Virus record (IMG/VR): IMGVR_UViG_3300001202_000057
Span: 1-64,000 of that record
DNA length: 64,000 nucleotides
DNA from: a virus
Reading direction: 5' to 3' (one strand)
In this document: piece after piece, positions 53,496 to 63,510 of the stretch
Layout: each line of letters opens with the position of its first letter
Numbering within the stretch: the first letter of the stretch is position 1
Notes under the pieces: model-generated
What the model saw: the letters and a program-made list of their open reading frames with translations, nothing else
Databases searched by the model: none
Told to the model about the DNA's origin: nothing
Translations under genes and position numbers: made by a program

Positions 53496-54050
53496 TTAAG
53501 TAAGCATAAACCCAAGACTTGTGTTAAACACTGAAAAACATTCAGTACCACAATCATCTTTAACTTTGTCACAATCTAGAAACGCTCCTCCATCTGCTCC
53601 TGCTGTGATGAGATTGTTAGCATCAGTTGAAACAATACCAAGAGCTGCAGTATCAAGATAGGGTCTTCCATCTGTACCATTAACAAGAATGTTATTAGCA
53701 TCTGTAGATACTCCTAAAAGAGCACTAAGGTCAACCACAATATCTGGAGAAACTCCATCATTGTCTACTAATGTAAGAACATTAGTAGTAGGATTAAAAG
53801 AGCCACCATTAACAAATACATCGGTAGTTAGAGCTGATAAATCAATAGTCATAGGAGCTTGTCCTGGAGCTGTATAGGTTAATATAGTAGTTGTATTATC
53901 ATAGGTAAGTGTAGCTTGTTCAGCTTGTAATATATTACCTGGTTTAGTTATAGTAGTACCATCTACTGCTATAGTAATAAGATTTGGAGTTTCAGCCCCA
54001 ATTAAAAATTCTTGTCCTAACTCTGTGGACAGTATAATATTTTGTGCCAT
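53496..54050 (-). CDS. Short fibre-like protein (184 aa) sharing the N-terminal module with 51211..52860
   Basis: MAQNIILSTELGQEF, VNGGSFNPTTN and VVDLSALLG parallel MANEKIVISSELGPEF, DRGSFDPLSN and IIDLSNLIP in the larger paralog. Confidence 0.5.
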   Translation of the reverse strand: MAQNIILSTELGQEFLIGAETPNLITIAVDGTTITKPGNILQAEQATLTYDNTTTILTYTAPGQAPMTIDLSALTTDVFVNGGSFNPTTNVLTLVDNDGVSPDIVVDLSALLGVSTDANNILVNGTDGRPYLDTAALGIVSTDANNLITAGADGGAFLDCDKVKDDCGTECFSVFNTSLGFMLT

Positions 54051-54089
54051 TTTAAATTAATTTTAAAAATTATTAATAATTATGTAAAT

Positions 54090-57000
54090 TTATACCCAAC
54101 TTGCTGTTCCATCACCATTAGCAGTAAGAACTTGTCCTGCTGTTCCTGGAGAATTAATAATCCAAGATGGTTGCGAGTTAATTGCATTATAAGTTCCACA
54201 TGAAACAAAATTAGCTGGAGGTAAGACTGGGTTTCCATCTAAGTCTGTAAATTCATTTAACCCACACCTGATTAACTTGATAATTGCGCCTTGTGAAATA
54301 GTAACATTAGAAACAAAATCCCATTCTGCTATGAACTCTCTGTATCCAACTCTGTTAGTACCACCTGTAAAGACTCTTTGCTGTGCATCTACTGTCGTTA
54401 TACCACCTTCAAAAGTTGCAATGATACTAACATTATTAGCAGTTGGGTCAATTCTAGTGCCTGTCTGCGTCCAATTAGGATTATTTGCAACCCCTTCTAT
54501 GTTATCAGGGAGTAAGCTGAAATCAATAAATTCTCCTGGACCAATATCCAAGTCTTGAATCTGTATCTTAAGCCTATCTGGAGCTACCCAACCTGGATAA
54601 GTAGAAGATATACTTAATACTGCTGGGGTATTTGCTTCAGAAGCTCCTGGAATAATACCAGCACCATTAGAAGGTCCATTATTAGGATGAGGAGTAGCCA
54701 AAGTAATCGTTCCTGTAAGATCTCTCTGAGTCCTCTGCCATTCTAGGTTTGGAACTGTTTCTATTGGGTTAAAATTACTATTAAAGACTAACTGATTGTC
54801 TACAAATGTATTAATACCAGTAGGATAAACATCACCTACAGCAAAAGTAGCTTCAATTGTATTTCCATTAGCAGTCCAAGTTCCTGGAATATCAGTATCA
54901 TTAGTAAACGCTGTAGCCCATTCTATTGCTTGATCAGCAGTAGTAGTTTGTGCATTTGCATTTCTACCAAATGTTCCAATAGTTCCATCACTATTAGTAA
55001 TTGTTACATCATATGGGTTAACCAATGTATAAGGATCTGGCATTTCAACAGTGACTATGTTGTCACTCTGAGCTTCTATGTAGTCACAAGACTTCAATCC
55101 CACTACATCATCAGCTTTTACTTTAATACCCATCGGACAACTAAAACTTCCTTGATTCGCTACTATTCCTGTAAAAGAAGTACCATCTGTATTAAATAAA
55201 TTACCATCACAATCTTGCTCTAGATCAACTAATTTAGCAATAACATCTCCTGCGCTAGGTGCAAAGAAATTTACTAAATCTCCAGTATATGTTACACTAC
55301 TACTTTGTCCATCATGATCGACATTAAGAACTCTTACTTTATGCAAGCCTGGATCTAATGAAAATGAAATTGTAGGTGTTGCTGTTCCTCCAGATTGTGT
55401 TTCAAATCCTTGTAAAACCTCTTCACTACATCCACATTCGTCCACATAAATATACATTGATCCCCAACCTGTTAAAGTCCATTCCAATGTAGTAGATTCA
55501 GATACAAATACCCAAGCTTCTGTCTGTGAAATATCTGTTTGTCCTGGTGTTGATTGATCTTGTGCATCAAAACTATTGATTTGCGTCAATGTACCTGTGG
55601 TAACATCTATATTGTTAGTCGTTAACCAATCAAGTATCCCTTGCTCGGTTCTTTCAGGTCCTGGTATAGTTCCTGCATTTGGATTAAGATAATAATTATC
55701 TGCTTCATCTATATTACCTGGATAATCAATTTCTACTTTTGTTACAGGGCTATTGCAGTCTAATTCCTTTGCTAGTTCAGTTATTCTACTTTCATCTAAA
55801 TCTGACAAACATGATACTTCCGTCCAAGATGGATCAACAATAATAGCATTATCATCGGCATCCAACACCATATCTGGGTATACACCATTTTTATCTACAA
55901 AAGTTCTAACTATTTGTTTTACGTTTGGTTGAACTCTACCTATAATTTGCCCGTGAACTTCATTACCAGCAGCACCTCCACTAACTAAAATTTGGTTTCC
56001 TGCTGTGTCAGCATTAACCAATAAGTTTCCAACATGAGAACCTGTAAAATCAAGCCTATAATCAGTTGTAGCACTTACAAGTGTATTAGGTGCCGCCATC
56101 CAAGTAGCAACAACTCTATTACTTTCTTGTACATAAGTAGGTGTATTACCTAATCCTGGTACATTGAATATTCCATCATCTCCACCTGTGGCTGTAGCTA
56201 CATACACTAATGTAAGTCCATCAATTTCATAATTAGTATAAATTTGACCCCCATCGCTTCCATCTAATCTAGGAGAGAAAAGATTATTAGGGGGGATATT
56301 TGGACCTGCTGGAGCAGGTGGTAACGTAGTTTGATCTAAGTTAGATATTGTAAAGGGGACTGTGTAATCAGCATTGACATCTACAACACCTGTATCATAA
56401 CACTTAGTAGAAGCTAAATAATAATCAGCTTCACAAACTACTTCTACCCATCCTGTAGGAATGGAAGCTAAGATTGTATCAGTAGTATTTCCATCAGTAT
56501 TCAATTGATGTAAAGTGCCATCTGTATATTCTCTAACTTTATGAGAAATTAAAGGTACTTGTTCAAAATAGAATTCCATCTCTAAAGATGAATTAGCGTC
56601 TATAAAGTTTGGAGGAAATCCATTACCACCACCATCCAATGTTGGATCGTCATTTGAAAAAGTCCATCTACCATCTACATCTGGAAACCATTGAAGTACA
56701 CCTTGTTGATTGGCTACCCCTACAAACCTCCAAACATCTGTAGGCTCTGGCTTTATTTCATCATTGGGATTGAATGTAAATACTGTTGGTCCAGAATTAG
56801 TCAAAACTCCTCCTGTAGAAGTCCCTTTTATATTACCTTGAGCATCTGTTATTTGTAGATTAAAGTTATTAGAAGCATTAAAAGGGGAACTACCTCTTGT
56901 CAAGATGACTTCTTCTAAATACCAATCATTATTAGTCTGATCAGCTATCAAAGGAGCTGTAAAATCTGAAAGGTCTACTCTATATTCTACACCTATCCAT

Positions 57001-60000
57001 GCTTGATGTGCTATTTGTCCTGTAGAAGTACCCCCTGTATTATTATACTTACTGGCTGCAATAGCATCTACAGCAGTTCCACTTTCCACATAACACTTAT
57101 CTATAAATCCTGTATGAACATTCTCTACAGCACCTAATTCATTAGTATAAGTATATGATTGGTCATCATTATCTATTAAAGCAGTACTCGTCTCCCCTAC
57201 AATAGATCCGCTTGATGTGTTTTGAACTACATATTCCGCTAATCTTTCCTCCGCAATACACGTTGTGCTATTTAAAGAGGAAGATCCACCACCTGACCAC
57301 CTTACTATTTCATATTCTACTCCTTCTTCAAGGCTAACAATTACGAAATTTTCTAGACGAGTCGGGCTTAATCTTGACCCATCAGCATCACCCGTAGCAG
57401 GATCAGTAACATATACATCTGCTCCACTTAGTATCCTAATAGTCATCCCTGAACTTGGAGTAGCACCTCCTTGTATTTCTTCTGAAGAATAGTCTATTCT
57501 ATAATCACCATTGGCATGAGGTGTAAATGTCCCTACTATAACAGGATTTGGACCTGCTATTGGGCCACCATTATTAATTACTGGAATAATGTCTCCACAA
57601 AAAGCATATCCTGCGTTCGGATGTTCTGGTAGATCATTTATTTGATTTTGTAAGCTAGCAAGAGTTTCACAAATTGGAATCTCTTTAAGTCCTGGACCTT
57701 CAACTAAGCCTAAGTTTACACCTGCTCCAACATTATTAGCACCATTCATTACAAATGAAATACTTGTTTTATTTTGCCATACAAGAGATGCTACACCGTT
57801 GTTTGCCCCCCCAAAACTTAGAGGATATGGTGCTGGTATTTGTGGAGCATTATTCAATCTTCTATAAATATCAGCAGGTGTATCATCTGGATCTGCTAGT
57901 ACAAAAGATTCAGCTCCAAATGACGTCATTCTAGCATGAAATGAGTATAATCCAACTCCATTAGTATCTTTAGGATGAGTATCTAAAGTAATCACTACCC
58001 TATAACCGCCTCTATCAGATATATTAAGTCCTCCATTGACATTTAATGTTAAAGTACCTTCGTCATTATCAAATAACCTTTCTGCTGTAAGTGTACCTGT
58101 TATAGTTTCACCATTTAATAGTCTATATTCTACTGGTGCAGAAACAATAGAACCTATTGCTGAACCTGGAGAATGCAGAATAATGTTAGATGGTATTTCA
58201 ACAAATGAACCTGGTTCACCAGCAGATGGACCTGATTGACTCATTATATCTGAATACTCCACTTTAGTATTAAAATCTAAATCAGGACAAGTAGATGTAT
58301 CTTCGATATTATCTATGGTTGCTTGAAGAATTTCTAATTGATTATCTGTGAAAACCTCATTGCACTTAATCCAACTTGAATCAAATGGAACTTCTTGATT
58401 ATTCTCATCACAAGCAGTTACTATACCATTTGAATCTGTTCTAACAGAAAAAGTATCTCTACCCGGCATAATTATTTCTACCATAGGTAGAGAACCATCT
58501 CCTGGATCAGTAACCCAAGTAGCTTGAGGTGTAGAGAAATTAGATAATGGTGAAGTTGTTCCAAAAATAGTTACACTTGGAGCAGTTGTTGAAGGAACAA
58601 ACAAATAAGTTGAACCAAATTCAAAGTCTAATTGTCCAAAATGACCATCAGAAAATCCACCGCCTTGAACTGTTGCTGTAAGCGTTTTATAAGGATTACC
58701 ATCTTTAAATACATCAAGAGTTACCTCATAAGACAGAGTTGGTGGATTATTTGTTTCATCAAAACGTATTCTAATATTTTGAGCAGTACCGTCTTCACCT
58801 GCTACCCATTGGAACGAAGCATCAGCAATTGGAATTCCTCCATTATCTATACTTTCAATTTGGTCAATACCGTTATTGTTTACATAGCACTCAATGTTTT
58901 TTATACTATCAAGGTTTTGATATTCTACTTCTCCCGTAATTGGATCAACGAGAGTAAGTACCTGTCCTGTACTGGCAGCACCTCTACCTACATCACCTGT
59001 TCTTACAAACAATTCAGTGGAAGCACCATTTCCTCCATCTGGTATAGTTTTACCATCAATACCTACTGTAGTACCATTTAAAAACTCAGAAGATTGATGT
59101 TCTAAAGTAAAACCTTGTTCAGAACCTTCTAATTTTAATTGAGATCTTTCAGCATCTGAAGTATTAATATTTTCTACTCTAAGATCTACTGTACCATCAG
59201 TTTGATTAATTTCTGATTCACTAGCTCCAGAAGTTGCAGTTCTATTATATCCATTACCAGACTGTAATCTTTCTTCTACAGAAGTACCATTAGGATTTCC
59301 TGAAGTAGCTTCTACAACTCTTCCACTTGTATTCTCTGTTATTTCATGCGTTCCTGCTCCAAATACAGCACTGATTTCGTAATTTCTTTCATGGGAACCT
59401 CCATCAAAATTTTCAGTTTGATTATGATTCCAAGAATGAGTTCTATTTGCAATAGATGTTAGATCAGTATTAGCATAATTTGTATCTGGAACTGTTTGTA
59501 TAATAATAGGAGTGGGGTCAGTAGTTACATGAGTAACACCATCACCATCTACCCAAGTAATTTCTACAGTATAATTATTTATAAGAGGATTACCATTACC
59601 ATCAATAGCAGGTTTAAGATCTATATTAGTAATAGCTGTATGAGCTATACCTGCTAATACAGTAGGATTTAATTGAGCACCTATAATTACAGAACCTTCT
59701 GTAACTGTGTATAGAATTGAATTATCTGGTGAATAGAAGTGTAATGTTTCTCCCCATTCAGCAGTAGCTGTAGAGGTGGCGTTAGCAGGATCATTATCTG
59801 GTCCTGTAGAGACATTAAGAATTACTCCCATTTTTCCACAAAACTCTTCAAATTGAGCTTGTGTACTATTGTCAATTATACATTGAAATATTAGTTGACA
59901 ATTAGTAGGATCTAACATAGTCAGTAATTGAGTTAAATCAACTAATTGAGTTAAATCACAACCTGCTGCTATAACAGCATCACATAAAGCTGTTTGTTCT

Positions 60001-60116
60001 GCAGGATTTAAATTAGAAATAAGATCAGTGAAATCTACAGCAGCAGGATTACTACAATCACATTTGCAATTTCTTGATTGACCTCTGTTTCCACCTAATC
60101 TTGAGCTTGAATACAT
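54090..60116 (-). CDS. 2008-aa fibre/adhesin-like protein
   Basis: Gly/Thr/Asn/Ser-rich beta-type sequence with a Cys-rich N-terminus. GQVLT motifs typical of phage fibres occur internally (STGQVLTLVD) and at the C-terminus (GTAGQVLTANGDGTASWV). Confidence 0.55.
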   Translation of the reverse strand: MYSSSRLGGNRGQSRNCKCDCSNPAAVDFTDLISNLNPAEQTALCDAVIAAGCDLTQLVDLTQLLTMLDPTNCQLIFQCIIDNSTQAQFEEFCGKMGVILNVSTGPDNDPANATSTATAEWGETLHFYSPDNSILYTVTEGSVIIGAQLNPTVLAGIAHTAITNIDLKPAIDGNGNPLINNYTVEITWVDGDGVTHVTTDPTPIIIQTVPDTNYANTDLTSIANRTHSWNHNQTENFDGGSHERNYEISAVFGAGTHEITENTSGRVVEATSGNPNGTSVEERLQSGNGYNRTATSGASESEINQTDGTVDLRVENINTSDAERSQLKLEGSEQGFTLEHQSSEFLNGTTVGIDGKTIPDGGNGASTELFVRTGDVGRGAASTGQVLTLVDPITGEVEYQNLDSIKNIECYVNNNGIDQIESIDNGGIPIADASFQWVAGEDGTAQNIRIRFDETNNPPTLSYEVTLDVFKDGNPYKTLTATVQGGGFSDGHFGQLDFEFGSTYLFVPSTTAPSVTIFGTTSPLSNFSTPQATWVTDPGDGSLPMVEIIMPGRDTFSVRTDSNGIVTACDENNQEVPFDSSWIKCNEVFTDNQLEILQATIDNIEDTSTCPDLDFNTKVEYSDIMSQSGPSAGEPGSFVEIPSNIILHSPGSAIGSIVSAPVEYRLLNGETITGTLTAERLFDNDEGTLTLNVNGGLNISDRGGYRVVITLDTHPKDTNGVGLYSFHARMTSFGAESFVLADPDDTPADIYRRLNNAPQIPAPYPLSFGGANNGVASLVWQNKTSISFVMNGANNVGAGVNLGLVEGPGLKEIPICETLASLQNQINDLPEHPNAGYAFCGDIIPVINNGGPIAGPNPVIVGTFTPHANGDYRIDYSSEEIQGGATPSSGMTIRILSGADVYVTDPATGDADGSRLSPTRLENFVIVSLEEGVEYEIVRWSGGGSSSLNSTTCIAEERLAEYVVQNTSSGSIVGETSTALIDNDDQSYTYTNELGAVENVHTGFIDKCYVESGTAVDAIAASKYNNTGGTSTGQIAHQAWIGVEYRVDLSDFTAPLIADQTNNDWYLEEVILTRGSSPFNASNNFNLQITDAQGNIKGTSTGGVLTNSGPTVFTFNPNDEIKPEPTDVWRFVGVANQQGVLQWFPDVDGRWTFSNDDPTLDGGGNGFPPNFIDANSSLEMEFYFEQVPLISHKVREYTDGTLHQLNTDGNTTDTILASIPTGWVEVVCEADYYLASTKCYDTGVVDVNADYTVPFTISNLDQTTLPPAPAGPNIPPNNLFSPRLDGSDGGQIYTNYEIDGLTLVYVATATGGDDGIFNVPGLGNTPTYVQESNRVVATWMAAPNTLVSATTDYRLDFTGSHVGNLLVNADTAGNQILVSGGAAGNEVHGQIIGRVQPNVKQIVRTFVDKNGVYPDMVLDADDNAIIVDPSWTEVSCLSDLDESRITELAKELDCNSPVTKVEIDYPGNIDEADNYYLNPNAGTIPGPERTEQGILDWLTTNNIDVTTGTLTQINSFDAQDQSTPGQTDISQTEAWVFVSESTTLEWTLTGWGSMYIYVDECGCSEEVLQGFETQSGGTATPTISFSLDPGLHKVRVLNVDHDGQSSSVTYTGDLVNFFAPSAGDVIAKLVDLEQDCDGNLFNTDGTSFTGIVANQGSFSCPMGIKVKADDVVGLKSCDYIEAQSDNIVTVEMPDPYTLVNPYDVTITNSDGTIGTFGRNANAQTTTADQAIEWATAFTNDTDIPGTWTANGNTIEATFAVGDVYPTGINTFVDNQLVFNSNFNPIETVPNLEWQRTQRDLTGTITLATPHPNNGPSNGAGIIPGASEANTPAVLSISSTYPGWVAPDRLKIQIQDLDIGPGEFIDFSLLPDNIEGVANNPNWTQTGTRIDPTANNVSIIATFEGGITTVDAQQRVFTGGTNRVGYREFIAEWDFVSNVTISQGAIIKLIRCGLNEFTDLDGNPVLPPANFVSCGTYNAINSQPSWIINSPGTAGQVLTANGDGTASWV

Positions 60117-60139
60117 ATTTAATTATTTTAATTTATTTA

Positions 60140-63100
60140 TTAACAATTTGTTGTTGGACCAAAGAAGTCAGGTGTTCCTGCCAATGTTCCTTGCCACTGT
60201 TGTGCAGAAGCCTCATAAGTCATATTTATAGTGTATTCTTGACATATACCACAACTTTCAGATATTAGTCTGACAGGAACTGCAATTACTTCTTGATCTA
60301 CTCCTGGTTGGAATAATATTTCAGGAAATACTTGATTAGGTCCCGGTGGTGGATTAAGATTATTTCTATCAAAAATAATTATAGCCTCCGTTTGAGGATC
60401 TTCAACTTCTATCCTAGTATCTTGTGGAGAAAATGAAAAAGGATTTGCACCACTTAATAAAACACTAACTTGAGGATTGTTAGTATTTTGATTAGAAAAG
60501 CTTGAAACAAGTTGCACTGCAGCCCCTCTATTTACAGTAGAAATAGTAGAATTAAATTGACAATCTGAAGAGTTATAATTAGCTTGATAATGACTAATAG
60601 AATTAAAATTTCTAGAATTATCAGGGTTAAGAGCTAAAAAACTATTTGAATCAATTAAATATTGAGGTGCTATAGGCTCTAAGCCATTTCCAATATCATA
60701 TAATAGTTGTAAATTATCAGCACAATCAGATTCAAAATCATAAGCATCTACTTGACATGTTAAATTAACAGTACCACAATCTTGTATATCATAAATACCA
60801 GGAGTTGTAGGAATACCATTTGTAAATTCAAATTTCACACTAGTTATACCTGATTGAGTTCCACAAGGTAGATTTTCAATTTCATTTTCTGGAGTAGTAA
60901 AATCTAAAATAAAATTAACTGTTTTACAAGGATCTAAAGGTTGAAATGTTGAAGGATCTAGTATTAAAGTTTGTTCAACTGAATTAGCTGAATTAACACT
61001 GTTAATAACTACTCTATCATATCTATATTTTAAAGTACCATTATCATCAAATACTTCAATAGTAGGAGGAAGAACTTCTGTAAATTCTACTTCTACTGTA
61101 CTAGCATTTAATTCTGAAAGACAATCTATACATTCAGGTAAAACTGAACCTTGACAAGGATTACTAGATTTTATAACTTGTAATGAACCACATCCTACTG
61201 TAGGATTAAAAGATACACTATATTCTATACAAGGGCAATCTGTAACTTCATGCTTAAATATAATATTAGGATTAACTCCTCCTAGATAACTAAGACATAC
61301 AAAAGACATAGTTGGACCCTCTACTTCATAAGTATCTGCAAAACTATTTAATAATTCATAAGTACCATTTACATCTTCTAAGACTAAAGATTCACAATCA
61401 TTACTAACAACTGTTGGATTATCAACATATTCAAAATACAATCCATTATTTGTAGTAGCTATATTAGAAATATTATTTCTGAACATATTAAAAACCTGTG
61501 GCCCTGCAGTTGTAGCTACAATTACTCTAAACACACTTCCATTTAAACAAAAATTATCAAGTATTGTTTGTGGATCAGTGATACCTTCAAATTGAAAATA
61601 ATAATAACTTCCAGCATTAGTAATTCTAAGACTGGCATCTGTCATTTCTCTATAAATAGTTTCAAAATTTCTTGTACAACCAACTTCTATACAATATTCT
61701 GTTCCTTGTATAAAATTAACACCATCTTTTGAAAATGAAGTAACACCTGGCATACTAGGAATAGCTGTAATACAAAATTCATCATCAACTTGATTACAAG
61801 TAAATGTTAAATTATTATTTTCACAACAAGTATTAACTTGAATATTTACTACACCAGTACATTGTTCACCATCAAATGTTGTAAATTGATATGTGAATGA
61901 AGTATCAGTATCATTTTCAAATCCTGGAGTATAAAGAAAACTCCCATTAGTAGTAGTTACAAAACCATTAGTAGGTACATCAATTACTTGTACAGTATTT
62001 AAATTTACTACAGTAGGATCTACAACTCCTTCTAAAGTAATCTGATTATTCATAGAACCACAATCTACTACAGAAGAAATTGGATTTACTATGGGACATA
62101 CAGGACAATCTAAATTAATAAATACACACACTGTACCAGAAGATAATCCATCATTATCAGACACACTAAATTTAAAAGCATCAGTAGTAGCTGAGATAGG
62201 ACTATTAGGAGTATATGTAAAAGTACCCCCTACGTTAATAGAAACTGTACCAGCATTAGCTGGTGTAACTACAGCTAAAGTAGTAAAATTTAATTTTGAA
62301 TTAGATACTAAAAAATCTATTGGATCAATAGTAATTGGATCTAGAGTACAAGCTTCAGTAATAAAATCTGCAAAAACAGGAGCTTTATTATCTGGACAAG
62401 GCTGAGGAATATTAAGAGTAATATTAGCCGTATTTGTTAAATTCCCAAATATATCTGCCACCTGATAGGTGAGAGTAATTTGTGGCTCTGTAGTTGTTAC
62501 ACAAAATTTAACTCTGTTTTCTTCTTGAATTATTGTTACATCAGGATTATTAGAAATTTCTAATGTAGGCCAATCTACTGGTAAACATTTAGTAGATAAA
62601 AATAGTGGAATAAATACAGAACAAGTTTGATCATCTACACAAAAAAGTTGAATTTCTCTGTCTGGTATTTCATTTCCACAAAATGTATAAACATGTTGTA
62701 ATTCTATAGTACACCCAGTTACATTATCTGTAATAGTTACAAATATAGTAGTAGGAAACTCATCTGATGGAGGATTATTAAATTGTAAATCTAGTATAGA
62801 ATTATTACCATCTGTATTAGGTTTAAGAGAGAAATAAGTATCATCCCAATTCCATTGATAGGAATAGTCCCCTGAACCATTTAAACCAAATGTAGAAAAT
62901 GTTAAATTATTAGTATTAGTTATAGGATTTGCTTGTAATGTACAAGGAGTGCCTAAACTAAAATCTTGCGTTGAAGTACAATTTTTAGCATCTGTCACTG
63001 TGAGAGTAACTATACCAAAACAATCTTCATCAGTATAAGTAATATCTGTCTCAATAACTCCACCTACAGTTGATACTGTACCAGAAATTTGACTAAAAGA

Positions 63101-63184
63101 CAAACATGGACTAGAAGTAGACCAATTATATGTAAATGGTGCTGTTCCAGTATTTATTCTAATTTCTCTTCTAATTGTTATCAT
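60140..63184 (-). CDS. 1014-aa Cys-rich protein with Ig/cadherin-like repeats (adhesin-like)
   Basis: GGTFTYTPNSPISATTDAFKFSVSDNDGLSSGTVCVFI and NGSFLYTPGFENDTDTSFTYQF resemble bacterial cadherin/Ig-like repeat signatures. There are more than 40 Cys. Confidence 0.45.
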   Translation of the reverse strand: MITIRREIRINTGTAPFTYNWSTSSPCLSFSQISGTVSTVGGVIETDITYTDEDCFGIVTLTVTDAKNCTSTQDFSLGTPCTLQANPITNTNNLTFSTFGLNGSGDYSYQWNWDDTYFSLKPNTDGNNSILDLQFNNPPSDEFPTTIFVTITDNVTGCTIELQHVYTFCGNEIPDREIQLFCVDDQTCSVFIPLFLSTKCLPVDWPTLEISNNPDVTIIQEENRVKFCVTTTEPQITLTYQVADIFGNLTNTANITLNIPQPCPDNKAPVFADFITEACTLDPITIDPIDFLVSNSKLNFTTLAVVTPANAGTVSINVGGTFTYTPNSPISATTDAFKFSVSDNDGLSSGTVCVFINLDCPVCPIVNPISSVVDCGSMNNQITLEGVVDPTVVNLNTVQVIDVPTNGFVTTTNGSFLYTPGFENDTDTSFTYQFTTFDGEQCTGVVNIQVNTCCENNNLTFTCNQVDDEFCITAIPSMPGVTSFSKDGVNFIQGTEYCIEVGCTRNFETIYREMTDASLRITNAGSYYYFQFEGITDPQTILDNFCLNGSVFRVIVATTAGPQVFNMFRNNISNIATTNNGLYFEYVDNPTVVSNDCESLVLEDVNGTYELLNSFADTYEVEGPTMSFVCLSYLGGVNPNIIFKHEVTDCPCIEYSVSFNPTVGCGSLQVIKSSNPCQGSVLPECIDCLSELNASTVEVEFTEVLPPTIEVFDDNGTLKYRYDRVVINSVNSANSVEQTLILDPSTFQPLDPCKTVNFILDFTTPENEIENLPCGTQSGITSVKFEFTNGIPTTPGIYDIQDCGTVNLTCQVDAYDFESDCADNLQLLYDIGNGLEPIAPQYLIDSNSFLALNPDNSRNFNSISHYQANYNSSDCQFNSTISTVNRGAAVQLVSSFSNQNTNNPQVSVLLSGANPFSFSPQDTRIEVEDPQTEAIIIFDRNNLNPPPGPNQVFPEILFQPGVDQEVIAVPVRLISESCGICQEYTINMTYEASAQQWQGTLAGTPDFFGPTTNC

Positions 63185-63510
63185 ATTAAAATTTCTAAAT
63201 CGGGGTTATCACAGCTATCACCAAAAATAGTGACATTAACTTGACAAACTTCTATAGTTGGATTAGTGGGATTACACTCCTCAACAGGAGGGCAAGTAAT
63301 ACAATCTTTAATAGAAAATAGATGTCTATTTATAATTTTTGTAGTAGAAGTTGGACAATCTGTATTTAAAAGAAATGCTTCATTTAATAGCTTAACAGTA
63401 TCTTTAAATATTTTTTCTGCTGCACATTCTAATCCAAATTTTTCATTTTCCACCATATTTGTATGATTGATAATCATACTGCATTTTATTTGATTTAACA
63501 ATTTATTCAT
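63181..63510 (-). CDS. Hypothetical 109-aa Cys-containing protein
   Basis: An ORF with ATGA-type overlaps to both neighbours. No motif. Confidence 0.4.
   Translation of the reverse strand: MNKLLNQIKCSMIINHTNMVENEKFGLECAAEKIFKDTVKLLNEAFLLNTDCPTSTTKIINRHLFSIKDCITCPPVEECNPTNPTIEVCQVNVTIFGDSCDNPDLEILI

Noticed and set aside
59925-59958. Direct repeat taattgagttaaatca x2 with 18-nt period
   Set aside because: It lies inside the 2008-aa gene and simply encodes DLTQLVDLTQLL. There are only two copies with no spacer architecture, so it is not a CRISPR or regulatory repeat.
51211-60116. Higher G+C of the fibre genes as evidence of a recently acquired foreign island
   Set aside because: The shift coincides exactly with Gly/Thr/Ala/Pro-rich fibre coding sequence, and the flanking leaders and coupling signals are the same as elsewhere. 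Amino-acid composition is a sufficient explanation without a computed codon-usage test.
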